64,000 bases of DNA from Candidatus Omnitrophota bacterium (GTDB lineage Bacteria; Omnitrophota; Gorgyraeia; Gygaellales; Profunditerraquicolaceae). Location of the stretch: NCBI GenBank assembly GCA_028712375.1, contig JAQTQG010000001.1, positions 110,126 through 174,125 on the forward strand. The letters are read 5' to 3'. The stretch's first letter is position 1. Each line of letters starts with the position of its first letter. Shown in pieces: positions 18,769 to 27,805 of the stretch. A model generated the notes under the pieces. That model saw nothing but the letters and a program-made list of their open reading frames with translations, had not been told where the DNA came from and did not search any database. A program made the position numbers and the translations under genes.

Positions 18769-19734
18769 GTGTTAAGTATGGATTACTTTTTTATTATCGC
18801 GGTAGCATTTATCATTGTATTTTTAATTACTCCGAATATCCGTTATGCGGCTTTAAAATTTTATGTGATTGATAAGGTTGGGCACCGTAAAATCCATAAA
18901 AAGCTGGTAACCAAGCTTGGTGGATTGGCAATTTATTTAGGTTTTTTAGGCGGCATATTTACTCTGGTGGTTTTTGATTTATTATTTTTTAAAATCAATT
19001 TTTATCCACTAACCAGCCTATTAATTGCTTCTTCGTTGATGTTGATTCTGGGTATCTATGATGATTTCCAGGGCAGCGGTGCTTGGATAAAGTTTAGTAT
19101 TCAAGTAATCGTTTCACTTTTAGTTATAAAATCGGGCTTTATATTAGAGAGTGTTTTTATCCCCGGCTTCATCGATCTGAAGCTTGGGATATTTAGTATT
19201 CCGGTGACTTTATTCTGGCTGGTCGGAATTACTAATGCCGCCAATCTTATCGATGGCTTGGATGGTTTGGCTGCCGGTATAATTGGCATTGCTTTATCTT
19301 TCATTGCTATTTTTGGTTTAATTTTAAATGACAACTTTATTATTTGTATTGCTTTGGCTTTATCTGCGGCGAGCCTTAGCTTTTTAAAATATAATTTTTT
19401 TCCGGCAAAAATATTCATGGGGGATACGGGGAGCTTGTTCTTAGGTTTGGTTATTGCTTGCCTGGCAATATACAGGCCATCCACACATTCAGGAAATCCA
19501 TATTTTATTCCTACTGTGATAGTCTTTTTTCTGCCCATATTAGACACGGCTCTTGCTATGGCAAGAAGGTTACTTAGAAAGCAAAATATATTTTCAGGCG
19601 ATTCTTCGCATATACATCATTATTTCCTGAAGCGTGGTTTTAGTCAGGCACAGACAGTGATGAGGTTTTATTTGATGACTTTTGTGCTGGGAGTGATGGC
19701 TTTATTTGTGTTATTTATGTCGATTCCTAGATGA
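18769..19734 (+). CDS. wecA: MraY/WecA family polyprenyl-phosphate N-acetylhexosamine-1-phosphate transferase (initiating transferase)
   Basis: 321 aa polytopic membrane protein. NAANLIDGLDGLAAG and MGDTGS motifs. Confidence 0.85.
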   Translation: MLSMDYFFIIAVAFIIVFLITPNIRYAALKFYVIDKVGHRKIHKKLVTKLGGLAIYLGFLGGIFTLVVFDLLFFKINFYPLTSLLIASSLMLILGIYDDFQGSGAWIKFSIQVIVSLLVIKSGFILESVFIPGFIDLKLGIFSIPVTLFWLVGITNAANLIDGLDGLAAGIIGIALSFIAIFGLILNDNFIICIALALSAASLSFLKYNFFPAKIFMGDTGSLFLGLVIACLAIYRPSTHSGNPYFIPTVIVFFLPILDTALAMARRLLRKQNIFSGDSSHIHHYFLKRGFSQAQTVMRFYLMTFVLGVMALFVLFMSIPR

Positions 19735-19762
19735 CCGGTTTAAAAGGTATGGAAAGCTGAAT

Positions 19763-21025
19763 ATGGATAAGAATAAAATTATAAAATATTGCGATAATGC
19801 AATAATGGTTTTTTTGTGTTTGTCAATTTTTTGCCTTCCTTTTTCAAAGGCGGCCCTGGAAAGCTTTCTTTGGTCAGCGATAGTAATCTTTGTTGCTAAG
19901 AGGATCCTGGGTTATCGGGGCAGTTGTTTTCGGGGGATGTTCCCCCAGACCCCGCTAAATAAGGTTCTGGGTATATTTTGTGCGGTTAATGTATTGTCAG
20001 TAATCTTTAGCGTCAATTTAGGATTATCACTGCGGGGTTTATTAGGCAAAGAATTTAAGTTCTTGGCTATATTTTTTATATTAACCGAGATTATTAATAG
20101 TAAAGAGCGCTTGCGTAACATTCTTATTGCAATCGTTGCTTCAGCAGCGTTGATTATCGCGGATGCGTGGGTACAATATTTTAGAGGGTTTGATTTTTTA
20201 AGAAGTTATCAGTATTCCCGCCTTACTGCTTCTTTTTCTGCGGCAAACGGATTGGCTGCCTGGTTAGTTATGGTTATTCCTTTGGTGACTGGTGTTTTTC
20301 TTTGGGTAAAAGTTATATACAGAAAGCTAAGGATTTCATTATTGGTAATGATTTTTCTTTTGTTTATTTGTTTGCTATTAACTTATTCCCGCGGTGCATG
20401 GCTAGGAATAATGTTGGCAGGAATTTTTATGAGTTTTTATATTTTAAAGAACTCTGATGCAAAAGCAAAAATCCGTTACTTAAGTTTTATTATTTGTTTA
20501 ATAATAGTATTTTTATTGACTTCAAAATTACTGAACATTAGTATGCGTAAGGTGGATAAAGTTAATTTTGATTCTGGGCAGACAGTTGGGGAACGCATAA
20601 AATCAATTGTTAATATAAATAGAGGGGCCAGCCTGGTTAGGCTTAATCTTTGGAAAGAAGCTTTAATGATTATCCGGGATTATCCTTTGACCGGCTGTGG
20701 AGTGAATACTTACTCAATTGTGGCCCGTAGTTACAAAGTTTCTGAAAGCGGCGGCATATATCCGCATAATTCATTTCTTCAGAAAGCTGCAGAAACAGGT
20801 TTATTAGGTTTATTTGTTTTTCTCTGGCTTATCGTTCAATTTTTTTGGGTAAGTTTCCAGAGCTTGAAACAAAATAAAAACATGCTGGTACTCGGGTTGT
20901 TATCAGGAATTTTAGCGTTTTTGGTGCAGGCTTTTTTCGATAACCACTTATATTCTTTACAGCTTGTGGTTTTGTTCTGGTTTATTTTAGGTTTAACGAT
21001 TGCGGTAATTAATCTGGAAACTTAA
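19763..21025 (+). CDS. O-antigen ligase/polymerase family membrane protein (Wzy/WaaL-like)
   Basis: About 420 aa from the ATG at 19763 (the track ORF at 19706 overlaps wecA). Many TM helices and a large loop with YSRGAWLG-type segment typical of the Wzy_C domain. Confidence 0.55.
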   Translation: MDKNKIIKYCDNAIMVFLCLSIFCLPFSKAALESFLWSAIVIFVAKRILGYRGSCFRGMFPQTPLNKVLGIFCAVNVLSVIFSVNLGLSLRGLLGKEFKFLAIFFILTEIINSKERLRNILIAIVASAALIIADAWVQYFRGFDFLRSYQYSRLTASFSAANGLAAWLVMVIPLVTGVFLWVKVIYRKLRISLLVMIFLLFICLLLTYSRGAWLGIMLAGIFMSFYILKNSDAKAKIRYLSFIICLIIVFLLTSKLLNISMRKVDKVNFDSGQTVGERIKSIVNINRGASLVRLNLWKEALMIIRDYPLTGCGVNTYSIVARSYKVSESGGIYPHNSFLQKAAETGLLGLFVFLWLIVQFFWVSFQSLKQNKNMLVLGLLSGILAFLVQAFFDNHLYSLQLVVLFWFILGLTIAVINLET

Positions 21026-21051
21026 TTTTAGTAAAATCCGGGGAGGATAAA

Positions 21052-21828
21052 ATGAAGGTAGTGATTCTGGCAGGCGGCAGAGGCACAAGGATTAGTGAAG
21101 AAACAGAAGTTTTGCCCAAGCCCATGGTGGAGATCGGCGGCAAGCCGATGATCTGGCATATTATGAAGCTGTATTCTCATTATGGTTTTAATGATTTTAT
21201 CATCTGCCTGGGATACCGTGGGTACATGATTAAAGAGTATTTCTCCCATTATTTTATGCATATGAGCGATTTAACCATTGATTTATCTAAAAATAAAACC
21301 AGGATTCATACTACGGTTTCTGAGCCCTGGAAGATTACTTTGGTGGATACGGGTTTAGAAACAATGACTGGCAGCAGGCTTAAAAGGGTGAAGAAATATA
21401 TTGGTAAGCAGCCTTTTCTATTGACTTATGGCGATGGACTGGCGGATATTAATATGAAAAAACTAGTTGAATTCCATAAGAAAAATAAAAGGCTGGCTAC
21501 TTTAACTGCGATACAGAATCTCGGCCGGTTTGGGGTTTTAGATATTGTTTCTGGCAGTAAAGTTTCTTCTTTTCTGGAGAAACCCAAAGGTGAAGGAGGT
21601 TGGATCAACGGCGGTTTTTTTGTCCTTGAGCCGGAGATATTTAATTATATAGATAATGATGATACCGTGGTTTGGGAGAATGAACCTTTGGAAAATCTGG
21701 CAAAGCAAGGCAAGCTAAGCGCTTATAAGCATGCTGGTTTTTGGGGTTGTATGGATACCTTAAGAGATAAGATGAATTTTGAAAAAATCTGGCAATCCGG
21801 AAATGCTCCTTGGAAGGCTTGGAAGTGA
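21052..21828 (+). CDS. rfbF: Glucose-1-phosphate cytidylyltransferase
   Basis: 258 aa. MKVVILAGGRGTRISEET..PKPMVEIGGKPMIWHIM matches the RfbF/DdhA N-terminus almost residue for residue. GGGGAGG RBS upstream. Confidence 0.85.
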   Translation: MKVVILAGGRGTRISEETEVLPKPMVEIGGKPMIWHIMKLYSHYGFNDFIICLGYRGYMIKEYFSHYFMHMSDLTIDLSKNKTRIHTTVSEPWKITLVDTGLETMTGSRLKRVKKYIGKQPFLLTYGDGLADINMKKLVEFHKKNKRLATLTAIQNLGRFGVLDIVSGSKVSSFLEKPKGEGGWINGGFFVLEPEIFNYIDNDDTVVWENEPLENLAKQGKLSAYKHAGFWGCMDTLRDKMNFEKIWQSGNAPWKAWK

Positions 21829-21833
21829 CCGCT

Positions 21834-22817
21834 ATGAATAATAAATTCTGGAAAAATAAAGTCGTTCTGGTTACGGGTTTTGAAGGTTTCTTAGGTTCCA
21901 ATCTAACTAAGTCGATTATTTCTTCCGGGGCAAAAGTTATCGGTTTGGATATTAAAACTTTTCGTAAACAAACTATTTTTTGCGCTCAAGATTATGAAAA
22001 AATAATTGTTTATAAGGGTAGCGTTGATAACCGCAGTTTAATCAGGGATATTTTCCGTAAGCATCCAATTGACATAATTTTTCATTTAGCTGCGGAAGCG
22101 ATTGTCAGCCGGAGCTACCAAAATCCACTTAAAGCTTTTGAATCTAACATTACCGGAACCTGGGAAATTTTGGAGGCTGTCCGCAAATACGGGAAAGTGC
22201 AGGCGGTTGTCGTGGCTTCCAGTGATAAGGCTTACGGCAGCCATAAAAAACTTCCTTATCGTGAAGACGCTCCTTTGATCGCTAACCATCCTTATGATGT
22301 TTCTAAAAGCTGCGCGGATTTGATCGCTAATACTTATTTGCATACTTATGATTTACCGGTGGCTATCACCCGCTGCGGTAATATCTACGGGCCGGGTGAT
22401 TTTAATTTTAGCCGGCTTATACCTGATGCAATGAGAAACTTAGCTTTAAATAAACAACTAAAGATACGCAGTGATGGAAAATTTGTGCGCGATTATGTTT
22501 ATGTTGAGGATATCGTTGCCGGTTATCTGCAAATAGCTGAGTTGTTAGCCAGGCGCAAGATTCCCGGTGATGCCTTTAATTTAAGCGATGAGCAGCCATT
22601 GACCGTGATTGGATTATTAAAAGAGATAAACCTGGCTTTGCCTGGAGCTAAGAAGTTAAAATATAAAATTATGAATACCGCCCGCTATGAAATTAAAAAA
22701 CAGTATCTTTCTTCAACGAAAGCCCGCCGCATTCTAGGTTGGAAGCCCAACTATACTTTAAAGGAAGGGCTGCGTAAAACGGGTCAGTGGTACGTGCAAT
22801 ATTTTAAACAGATATGA
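21834..22817 (+). CDS. rfbG: CDP-glucose 4,6-dehydratase
   Basis: N-terminus from ATG 21834 (MNNKFWKNKVVLVTGFEGFLGS) parallels DdhB (FWQGKRVFVTGHTGFKGSWL). YDVSK catalytic motif. Directly downstream of rfbF. Confidence 0.65.
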   Translation: MNNKFWKNKVVLVTGFEGFLGSNLTKSIISSGAKVIGLDIKTFRKQTIFCAQDYEKIIVYKGSVDNRSLIRDIFRKHPIDIIFHLAAEAIVSRSYQNPLKAFESNITGTWEILEAVRKYGKVQAVVVASSDKAYGSHKKLPYREDAPLIANHPYDVSKSCADLIANTYLHTYDLPVAITRCGNIYGPGDFNFSRLIPDAMRNLALNKQLKIRSDGKFVRDYVYVEDIVAGYLQIAELLARRKIPGDAFNLSDEQPLTVIGLLKEINLALPGAKKLKYKIMNTARYEIKKQYLSSTKARRILGWKPNYTLKEGLRKTGQWYVQYFKQI

Positions 22818-23554
22818 AACTATATTTTTTAGGAACAAGCGGTTGGTATGATACGGCTTTAGGCAATACGCTTTCGGTTTTACTGGATACAAAACAGGCT
22901 TATATTGTTTTTGACGCTGGAGGGGGTTTTTATAAGCTGGATAGATATGTAAAAGAGGAAAAACCGGTGATTGTCTTGCTTAGCCATTTCCATTTGGACC
23001 ATATTAGCGGTTTACATGCTTTAGCGAAATTTAATTTTACTCAAGGCATAAAAATATTGGGCCCTCAAGGCATAAAGAAGCTATTTAACCTTTTAATTAA
23101 TGCCCCTTATTCTATGCCGGTTAATAAACTGAAGACTAAATTAGTGGTGGGGGAATTTTTGAATAGCTTAAAATTGCCGGTAGATATTAAATATAAGGAA
23201 CTTCGCCATGTTGATGCCTGTTATGGGTATCGGGTCTCGACGGATAATAAAACCGTAGTTTTTTGCACAGATACCGGTCCTTGCAGAAATTTAAATGCTT
23301 TGGCGCAAGGAGCGGATGTTTTAATTGCGGAATCATCTTTACCTGCCGGCAGGATAGATAACCGTTGGCCGCATCTTAACCCTGAGCAGGCGGCTGTAGC
23401 TGCTAAGCAGGCAGGGGTTAAGAAATTGATTTTGACGCATTTTGATTCCGGTGTTTATACTAAATTAAAGGATAGGGCACAAGCTGGTAGAAGCGCTAGA
23501 AAAGTATTTAAAAATACTTTGGTTAGCTATGATGGCTTGGAGCTGGCTATATAA
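22814..23554 (+). CDS. MBL-fold metallo-hydrolase (RNase Z/PhnP-like phosphodiesterase fold)
   Basis: 246 aa. HFHLDHISGL metal-binding motif. C-terminal LTHFD. Confidence 0.6.
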   Translation: MKLYFLGTSGWYDTALGNTLSVLLDTKQAYIVFDAGGGFYKLDRYVKEEKPVIVLLSHFHLDHISGLHALAKFNFTQGIKILGPQGIKKLFNLLINAPYSMPVNKLKTKLVVGEFLNSLKLPVDIKYKELRHVDACYGYRVSTDNKTVVFCTDTGPCRNLNALAQGADVLIAESSLPAGRIDNRWPHLNPEQAAVAAKQAGVKKLILTHFDSGVYTKLKDRAQAGRSARKVFKNTLVSYDGLELAI

Positions 23555-23555
23555 G

Positions 23556-24533
23556 ATGAATCTTACCGCGATTTTAAAAAATAAACGGTGTTTTAAGTTG
23601 GTTTGCGGTGCCGGCAATGAGGACGCTGTGGAAGTAGAGAAATTGGTGGCGGTTTATGCTAAAGCCGGCGCTAATTATTTTGATCTTTCAGCCAGAGAAG
23701 ATATTGTCCGCGCTGCTAAGCGGGGTTTGGAGAGGGTAATTCCGAAAGGTAAGCCAACTAACTATTTTTTTAATGTCAGCGTTGGAATCGCCGGTGATCC
23801 GCATGTGCGCAAGGCTTTAATTACCGGGCAAAAATGTAAAGCCTGCGGCCTTTGTCAAAAAGTCTGCCAGCAAAAAGCGATTTTACCCGAAGGAAATAAA
23901 TATGCCGTGATTAAAACACGCTGTATTGGTTGTGGAGCGTGTGCTGAAGTTTGCCCGGTAGCAGCAATTTCGTTTACCACAGAGAATAAAGATTTAAATT
24001 TAGTGTTGCCTCCGTTAGTTAAGCTGGGGCTGGATTCCTTGGAGTTGCACGCTGTAACGGATGATGAAGAAACTGCTTATGCTCAGTGGCTGGCGATGAA
24101 TAAGATCTTTCCCGGTATTTTAAGCCTTTGCCTTGACCGTTCTCATTTGGGAGATAAGCAATTGATCGCACGTATTAAGCGTTTTATCGGCAGCAGGAAT
24201 GATTTTACTACAATAATTCAAGCTGATGGCGCGCCGATGAGCGGAGGGGATGATCGCTGCAATACTACTTTGCAGGCTTTAGCTACTGCGGATATTGTAA
24301 ATAAAGCCAAACTGCCGGTTTGGTTGCTTATTTCCGGAGGTACAAATAGTAAGACTGCTAAGCTGTCCAGATTATTTGAAATTAATGCCCAAGGTGTGGC
24401 GATTGGTTCGTTTGCCCGTAAGATTATCAGGAAATATATTGACCGGAGTGATTTTCTGGAAAATAAAAAAGTATTTAATCAGGCCTGCAAGATCGCTAAA
24501 CAGCTGGTTGATAAATCTTTAAAGTATCTATGA
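23556..24533 (+). CDS. Uncharacterised protein with two 4Fe-4S ferredoxin-type cluster motifs inserted in a TIM-barrel-like scaffold
   Basis: Two CxxCxxCxxxCP motifs (CKACGLCQKVC and CIGCGACAEVCP). No recognisable flavin or NAD motif. Family not identified. Confidence 0.45.
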   Translation: MNLTAILKNKRCFKLVCGAGNEDAVEVEKLVAVYAKAGANYFDLSAREDIVRAAKRGLERVIPKGKPTNYFFNVSVGIAGDPHVRKALITGQKCKACGLCQKVCQQKAILPEGNKYAVIKTRCIGCGACAEVCPVAAISFTTENKDLNLVLPPLVKLGLDSLELHAVTDDEETAYAQWLAMNKIFPGILSLCLDRSHLGDKQLIARIKRFIGSRNDFTTIIQADGAPMSGGDDRCNTTLQALATADIVNKAKLPVWLLISGGTNSKTAKLSRLFEINAQGVAIGSFARKIIRKYIDRSDFLENKKVFNQACKIAKQLVDKSLKYL

Positions 24534-25285
24534 TCAGCTTGTCTTCACCTTCCTGGAAGATTGAATCAATTGAGGCTGTCCTTTTTGATAAGGACGGCAC
24601 ATTAATCGACAGCCATATATATTGGGGCAGGATCATTCAAAAAAGAAGCCGGGCGCTGATTAAGATGTTGAACCTTAAAGATGAAGTGCATCCTGTTCTT
24701 TGCCAGAAAATGGGGTTTTCCCTGGAAAGGAAGATTTTGTTGCCTGAGGGTCCGATCGCCCTGGTCAGCCGCGAAAAAGTAATTGCAATACTTCTGGATT
24801 TTTTAATCAAGCAGGGCGTAGCGGTTACTTTTGGCCAGATAGACAGCTTATTTATAGAAGTCCACTCTGATTTTTTAAATGAGATTAATAGCTATATAAA
24901 AATATTGCCGGGTGTCGAAGAGTTTCTGAAAAAAATCAAGGATAAAAAAATTAAGACAGCGGTAGTGACTACTGATAGCATTAAGAATACCCGGGAGATA
25001 GTGAAATTCCTGAATATCGACAAATATTTCGATGTGCTTTTAGGTAAAGAAGCAACGCCCTTACCTAAAATAAGTGGTGAGCCCGCGTTGATTGCGCTAA
25101 GGCAGTTAGACCTAGAGCCTGATTTGGCTATCGCCATTGGTGATTCTGCGATGGATATTACGATGGCTAAGCAAGCGCATTTAAAGGCGGCAGTTGGGGT
25201 GGCTTTAGGGCAGGTGCCTTTCGAAGCATTAAAAAAAGAAACTGCCTTTGTTGTTAAGGGGTATGATGAATTAAGCATAAATTAA
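24530..25285 (+). CDS. HAD-superfamily hydrolase (subfamily IA phosphatase-like)
   Basis: 251 aa. Motif I VLFDKDGTL and C-terminal IGDSAMDI motif. Confidence 0.65.
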   Translation: MISLSSPSWKIESIEAVLFDKDGTLIDSHIYWGRIIQKRSRALIKMLNLKDEVHPVLCQKMGFSLERKILLPEGPIALVSREKVIAILLDFLIKQGVAVTFGQIDSLFIEVHSDFLNEINSYIKILPGVEEFLKKIKDKKIKTAVVTTDSIKNTREIVKFLNIDKYFDVLLGKEATPLPKISGEPALIALRQLDLEPDLAIAIGDSAMDITMAKQAHLKAAVGVALGQVPFEALKKETAFVVKGYDELSIN

Positions 25286-25292
25286 TTTACAA

Positions 25293-27014
25293 ATGAAAAT
25301 TAAAATCATTGATTGCACAATCCGGGATGGCGGGCATTTAAACAAGTGGCAGTTTCAGGACCGCTTAGTAAGATCCGCTTATTTTGCGGCGCAAAAAGGC
25401 CGGGTGGATTATTTTGAGATTGGTTATAAAAATGATCCGGCTAAAAGCGGTTTGGGCGCTTATGGGTATTGTGATGAACAGCAGATAAGCGGGCTTTTTA
25501 AATGTTCTGCAGAATGTAAGCTGCTTTTTATGCTGGATGCAGGTAAATATACCGGATATGAAATTCCCGATTGCAAGGAAGGTAAAACCCCTTTTTCAGG
25601 AGTAAGAATTGCCGCTTACCCTTATGAGGCCGGTATTGCAATTGATTTGGTTGAGAAGATGCATAAAAAAGGCTATGAAGTTTTTCTTAACCTGATGGCC
25701 AGCAGTGAATGGACGGATAAAGATTTGGCAGTGTTAAAGAGTTGGAAGCATAAAGATGCGCTTAAGGCGGTTTATTTTGCGGATAGTTTCGGCGCATATG
25801 GCCCGGCTGAAATATCTGCGCTTATTAAAAAATTAAAAAAAATCGGGTTTAAGCATATCGGATTTCATGCTCATAATAATTTACAGATGGCATTTGCTAA
25901 TACGATGCATGCGATTAAAGAAGGGGCTACTTACGTGGATGCTTCTATTTATGGTATGGGCAGAGGCGCGGGAAATTTACCGGTTGAAATTCTTTTGAGC
26001 TATCTGAGTAAGCATAAAAATAATGAGTATAATGTTGTTCCTTATTTGGATGTGATCCAGAGGTTTTTTGTCCGGCTTTTCGAGCAATACCGCTGGGGGT
26101 ATTCGCTAAATTCCCTTTTAGGCGGGATAAGCAACGTGCATCCTTATTATATCGATGAACTTTTTCATTCACATAATTATACGATTGAGGAAATTTGGAA
26201 TATTTTAGAAGTGATTAAAGAAAAATGCCCGATTTCTTTCTCGGGGGAGAAGCTAAAGCGCGCGCTGGGGGAAAGGTTTTATATCCCGAATGTTACGCAA
26301 ACCCGCCGCACTATTGCGGAAATCGAGAAAGACCTGAAAATTATCCCGGCCAAAGATAGTTTTTTATTGCGTAGGCTTGCGTTTAAAAATAAACATAAGG
26401 GCAGAAGTTTTTTAATTATTGCCAATGGTCCTTCAATTGTCAAGTATAAGGATAAAATTAATGAGTTGATCAGTAAAAAGAATTTAATTACTATTGGCTG
26501 TAATTTTCTAAATGAAATTTATGTTCCAGATTACCATTTGTTTGTAAATAAAAGAAGGTTTCTTAAGTATGTTTCTTCTGTATTAAAAAAGAGCATATTG
26601 CTGGTGCCTACTTTTTTCGGGAAACGCCTGGTTACGGAAAATTATAGCGGAGATTATGAATTTATTCAGATTGCTGCGGAACATAATCTTAAGGCCTTGC
26701 CGGTAAAAGGAATCCGCCAGCAGGCTGCATATCTTAACGTGGCTACCGCTGCCATCCTGGCTGCTTTTCAGATGGGGGCGCGTGAAATTATGGCGGTGGG
26801 AATGGATGGATATCAAAGCCAGGAGGCCGGAAAAGTGGTTTATTTTTATAATGAAAAAGATGTCCCCGATGACAAAATTACTGCCTCTGTGCGTTATGAG
26901 AACATGGCAATTGAATTAAAAAGAGTGGCGGATTTTTTACATGAGCAGGGCATATCGTTTTCCATTATTACTCCTACATCTCATAAGAGATATTATCAGG
27001 ATATTTTAGTTTAA
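25293..27014 (+). CDS. Fusion protein: N-terminal DmpG-like class II (DRE-TIM) pyruvate aldolase plus C-terminal DUF115/Maf-like (MptE-like) domain
   Basis: 573 aa. N-terminal IIDCTIRDGGH and FHAHNNLQMAFANT..GMGRGAGN match the 4-hydroxy-2-oxovalerate aldolase (DmpG/MhpE) metal-binding signatures. C-terminal FLIIANGPS..ITIGCNF resembles the DUF115 domain of motility-associated-factor putative glycosyltransferases. Confidence 0.5.
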   Translation: MKIKIIDCTIRDGGHLNKWQFQDRLVRSAYFAAQKGRVDYFEIGYKNDPAKSGLGAYGYCDEQQISGLFKCSAECKLLFMLDAGKYTGYEIPDCKEGKTPFSGVRIAAYPYEAGIAIDLVEKMHKKGYEVFLNLMASSEWTDKDLAVLKSWKHKDALKAVYFADSFGAYGPAEISALIKKLKKIGFKHIGFHAHNNLQMAFANTMHAIKEGATYVDASIYGMGRGAGNLPVEILLSYLSKHKNNEYNVVPYLDVIQRFFVRLFEQYRWGYSLNSLLGGISNVHPYYIDELFHSHNYTIEEIWNILEVIKEKCPISFSGEKLKRALGERFYIPNVTQTRRTIAEIEKDLKIIPAKDSFLLRRLAFKNKHKGRSFLIIANGPSIVKYKDKINELISKKNLITIGCNFLNEIYVPDYHLFVNKRRFLKYVSSVLKKSILLVPTFFGKRLVTENYSGDYEFIQIAAEHNLKALPVKGIRQQAAYLNVATAAILAAFQMGAREIMAVGMDGYQSQEAGKVVYFYNEKDVPDDKITASVRYENMAIELKRVADFLHEQGISFSIITPTSHKRYYQDILV

Positions 27015-27032
27015 AATAAGGAGATTAAATAG

Positions 27033-27797
27033 ATGAAAAACATCAAACAAACTTTAAAAGAGCGCCTGCAGGCTGGAAAAAATGTTTTGGGGACCTGGTG
27101 TCTTTTGCCTTCTGAGGCGGTAGTGAATGTTATTGCTAAAGCCGGGCTTGATTTTGTGTTGATTGATTTAGAGCATGGGGCAATCAGCCCGGAATGTGCT
27201 TTACGGATGGTGATGGCAGCGCAGGCTGATGGGTCGGAAGCGGTAATCCGGGTTTCTTGCAATGATGAATCGGAAGTGGCTAAAGCGCTAGATATCGGAA
27301 GTAATGGAGTGATCGTACCGCATATTGAAACACCCCGGGAATGCAGAGATGCTTTGTCGTTTATTAAGTATCCTCCTTCAGGGGTACGGGGGTTTTCTCC
27401 TTATGTCAGGTCGGGCGGTTATGCCCAGACTAAAGGGTATGTTTCCAAAGAAAACCAGCGTATTCTTTCAGGTATCATTATCGAAGGCTTAGAAGGTATT
27501 GTCAATATTGATTCAATTATTGCCGATACCCGCCTGGATTTAGTTTATATCGGGGCTTATGATATCTCGGTAGCATTGGGTGTGCCCGGAGAAATTAGTA
27601 ATCCGAAGGTAGTAAAAATTATTAAGGAATGTGTAAAAAAGATTCGGGCCCATAAAAAAGCTGCCGGGGCTCTGTTTCATTCAGAGCAGGAGTTAAGGTT
27701 ATTTAAGTCTATCGGCATACAGTTTTTATGTTATCGGGTTGATTCAGATATTCTTTACAGTGCATTCAATACCATCGTAAATAATTTTGGGAGATAA
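27033..27797 (+). CDS. HpcH/HpaI family class II pyruvate-dependent aldolase
   Basis: 254 aa. Colinear with 2-keto-3-deoxy-acid aldolases (VLIDLEHG, GVIVPHIET, GVRGFSP). AAGGAG RBS. Confidence 0.75.
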   Translation: MKNIKQTLKERLQAGKNVLGTWCLLPSEAVVNVIAKAGLDFVLIDLEHGAISPECALRMVMAAQADGSEAVIRVSCNDESEVAKALDIGSNGVIVPHIETPRECRDALSFIKYPPSGVRGFSPYVRSGGYAQTKGYVSKENQRILSGIIIEGLEGIVNIDSIIADTRLDLVYIGAYDISVALGVPGEISNPKVVKIIKECVKKIRAHKKAAGALFHSEQELRLFKSIGIQFLCYRVDSDILYSAFNTIVNNFGR

Positions 27798-27805
27798 GTT
27801 ATAAG

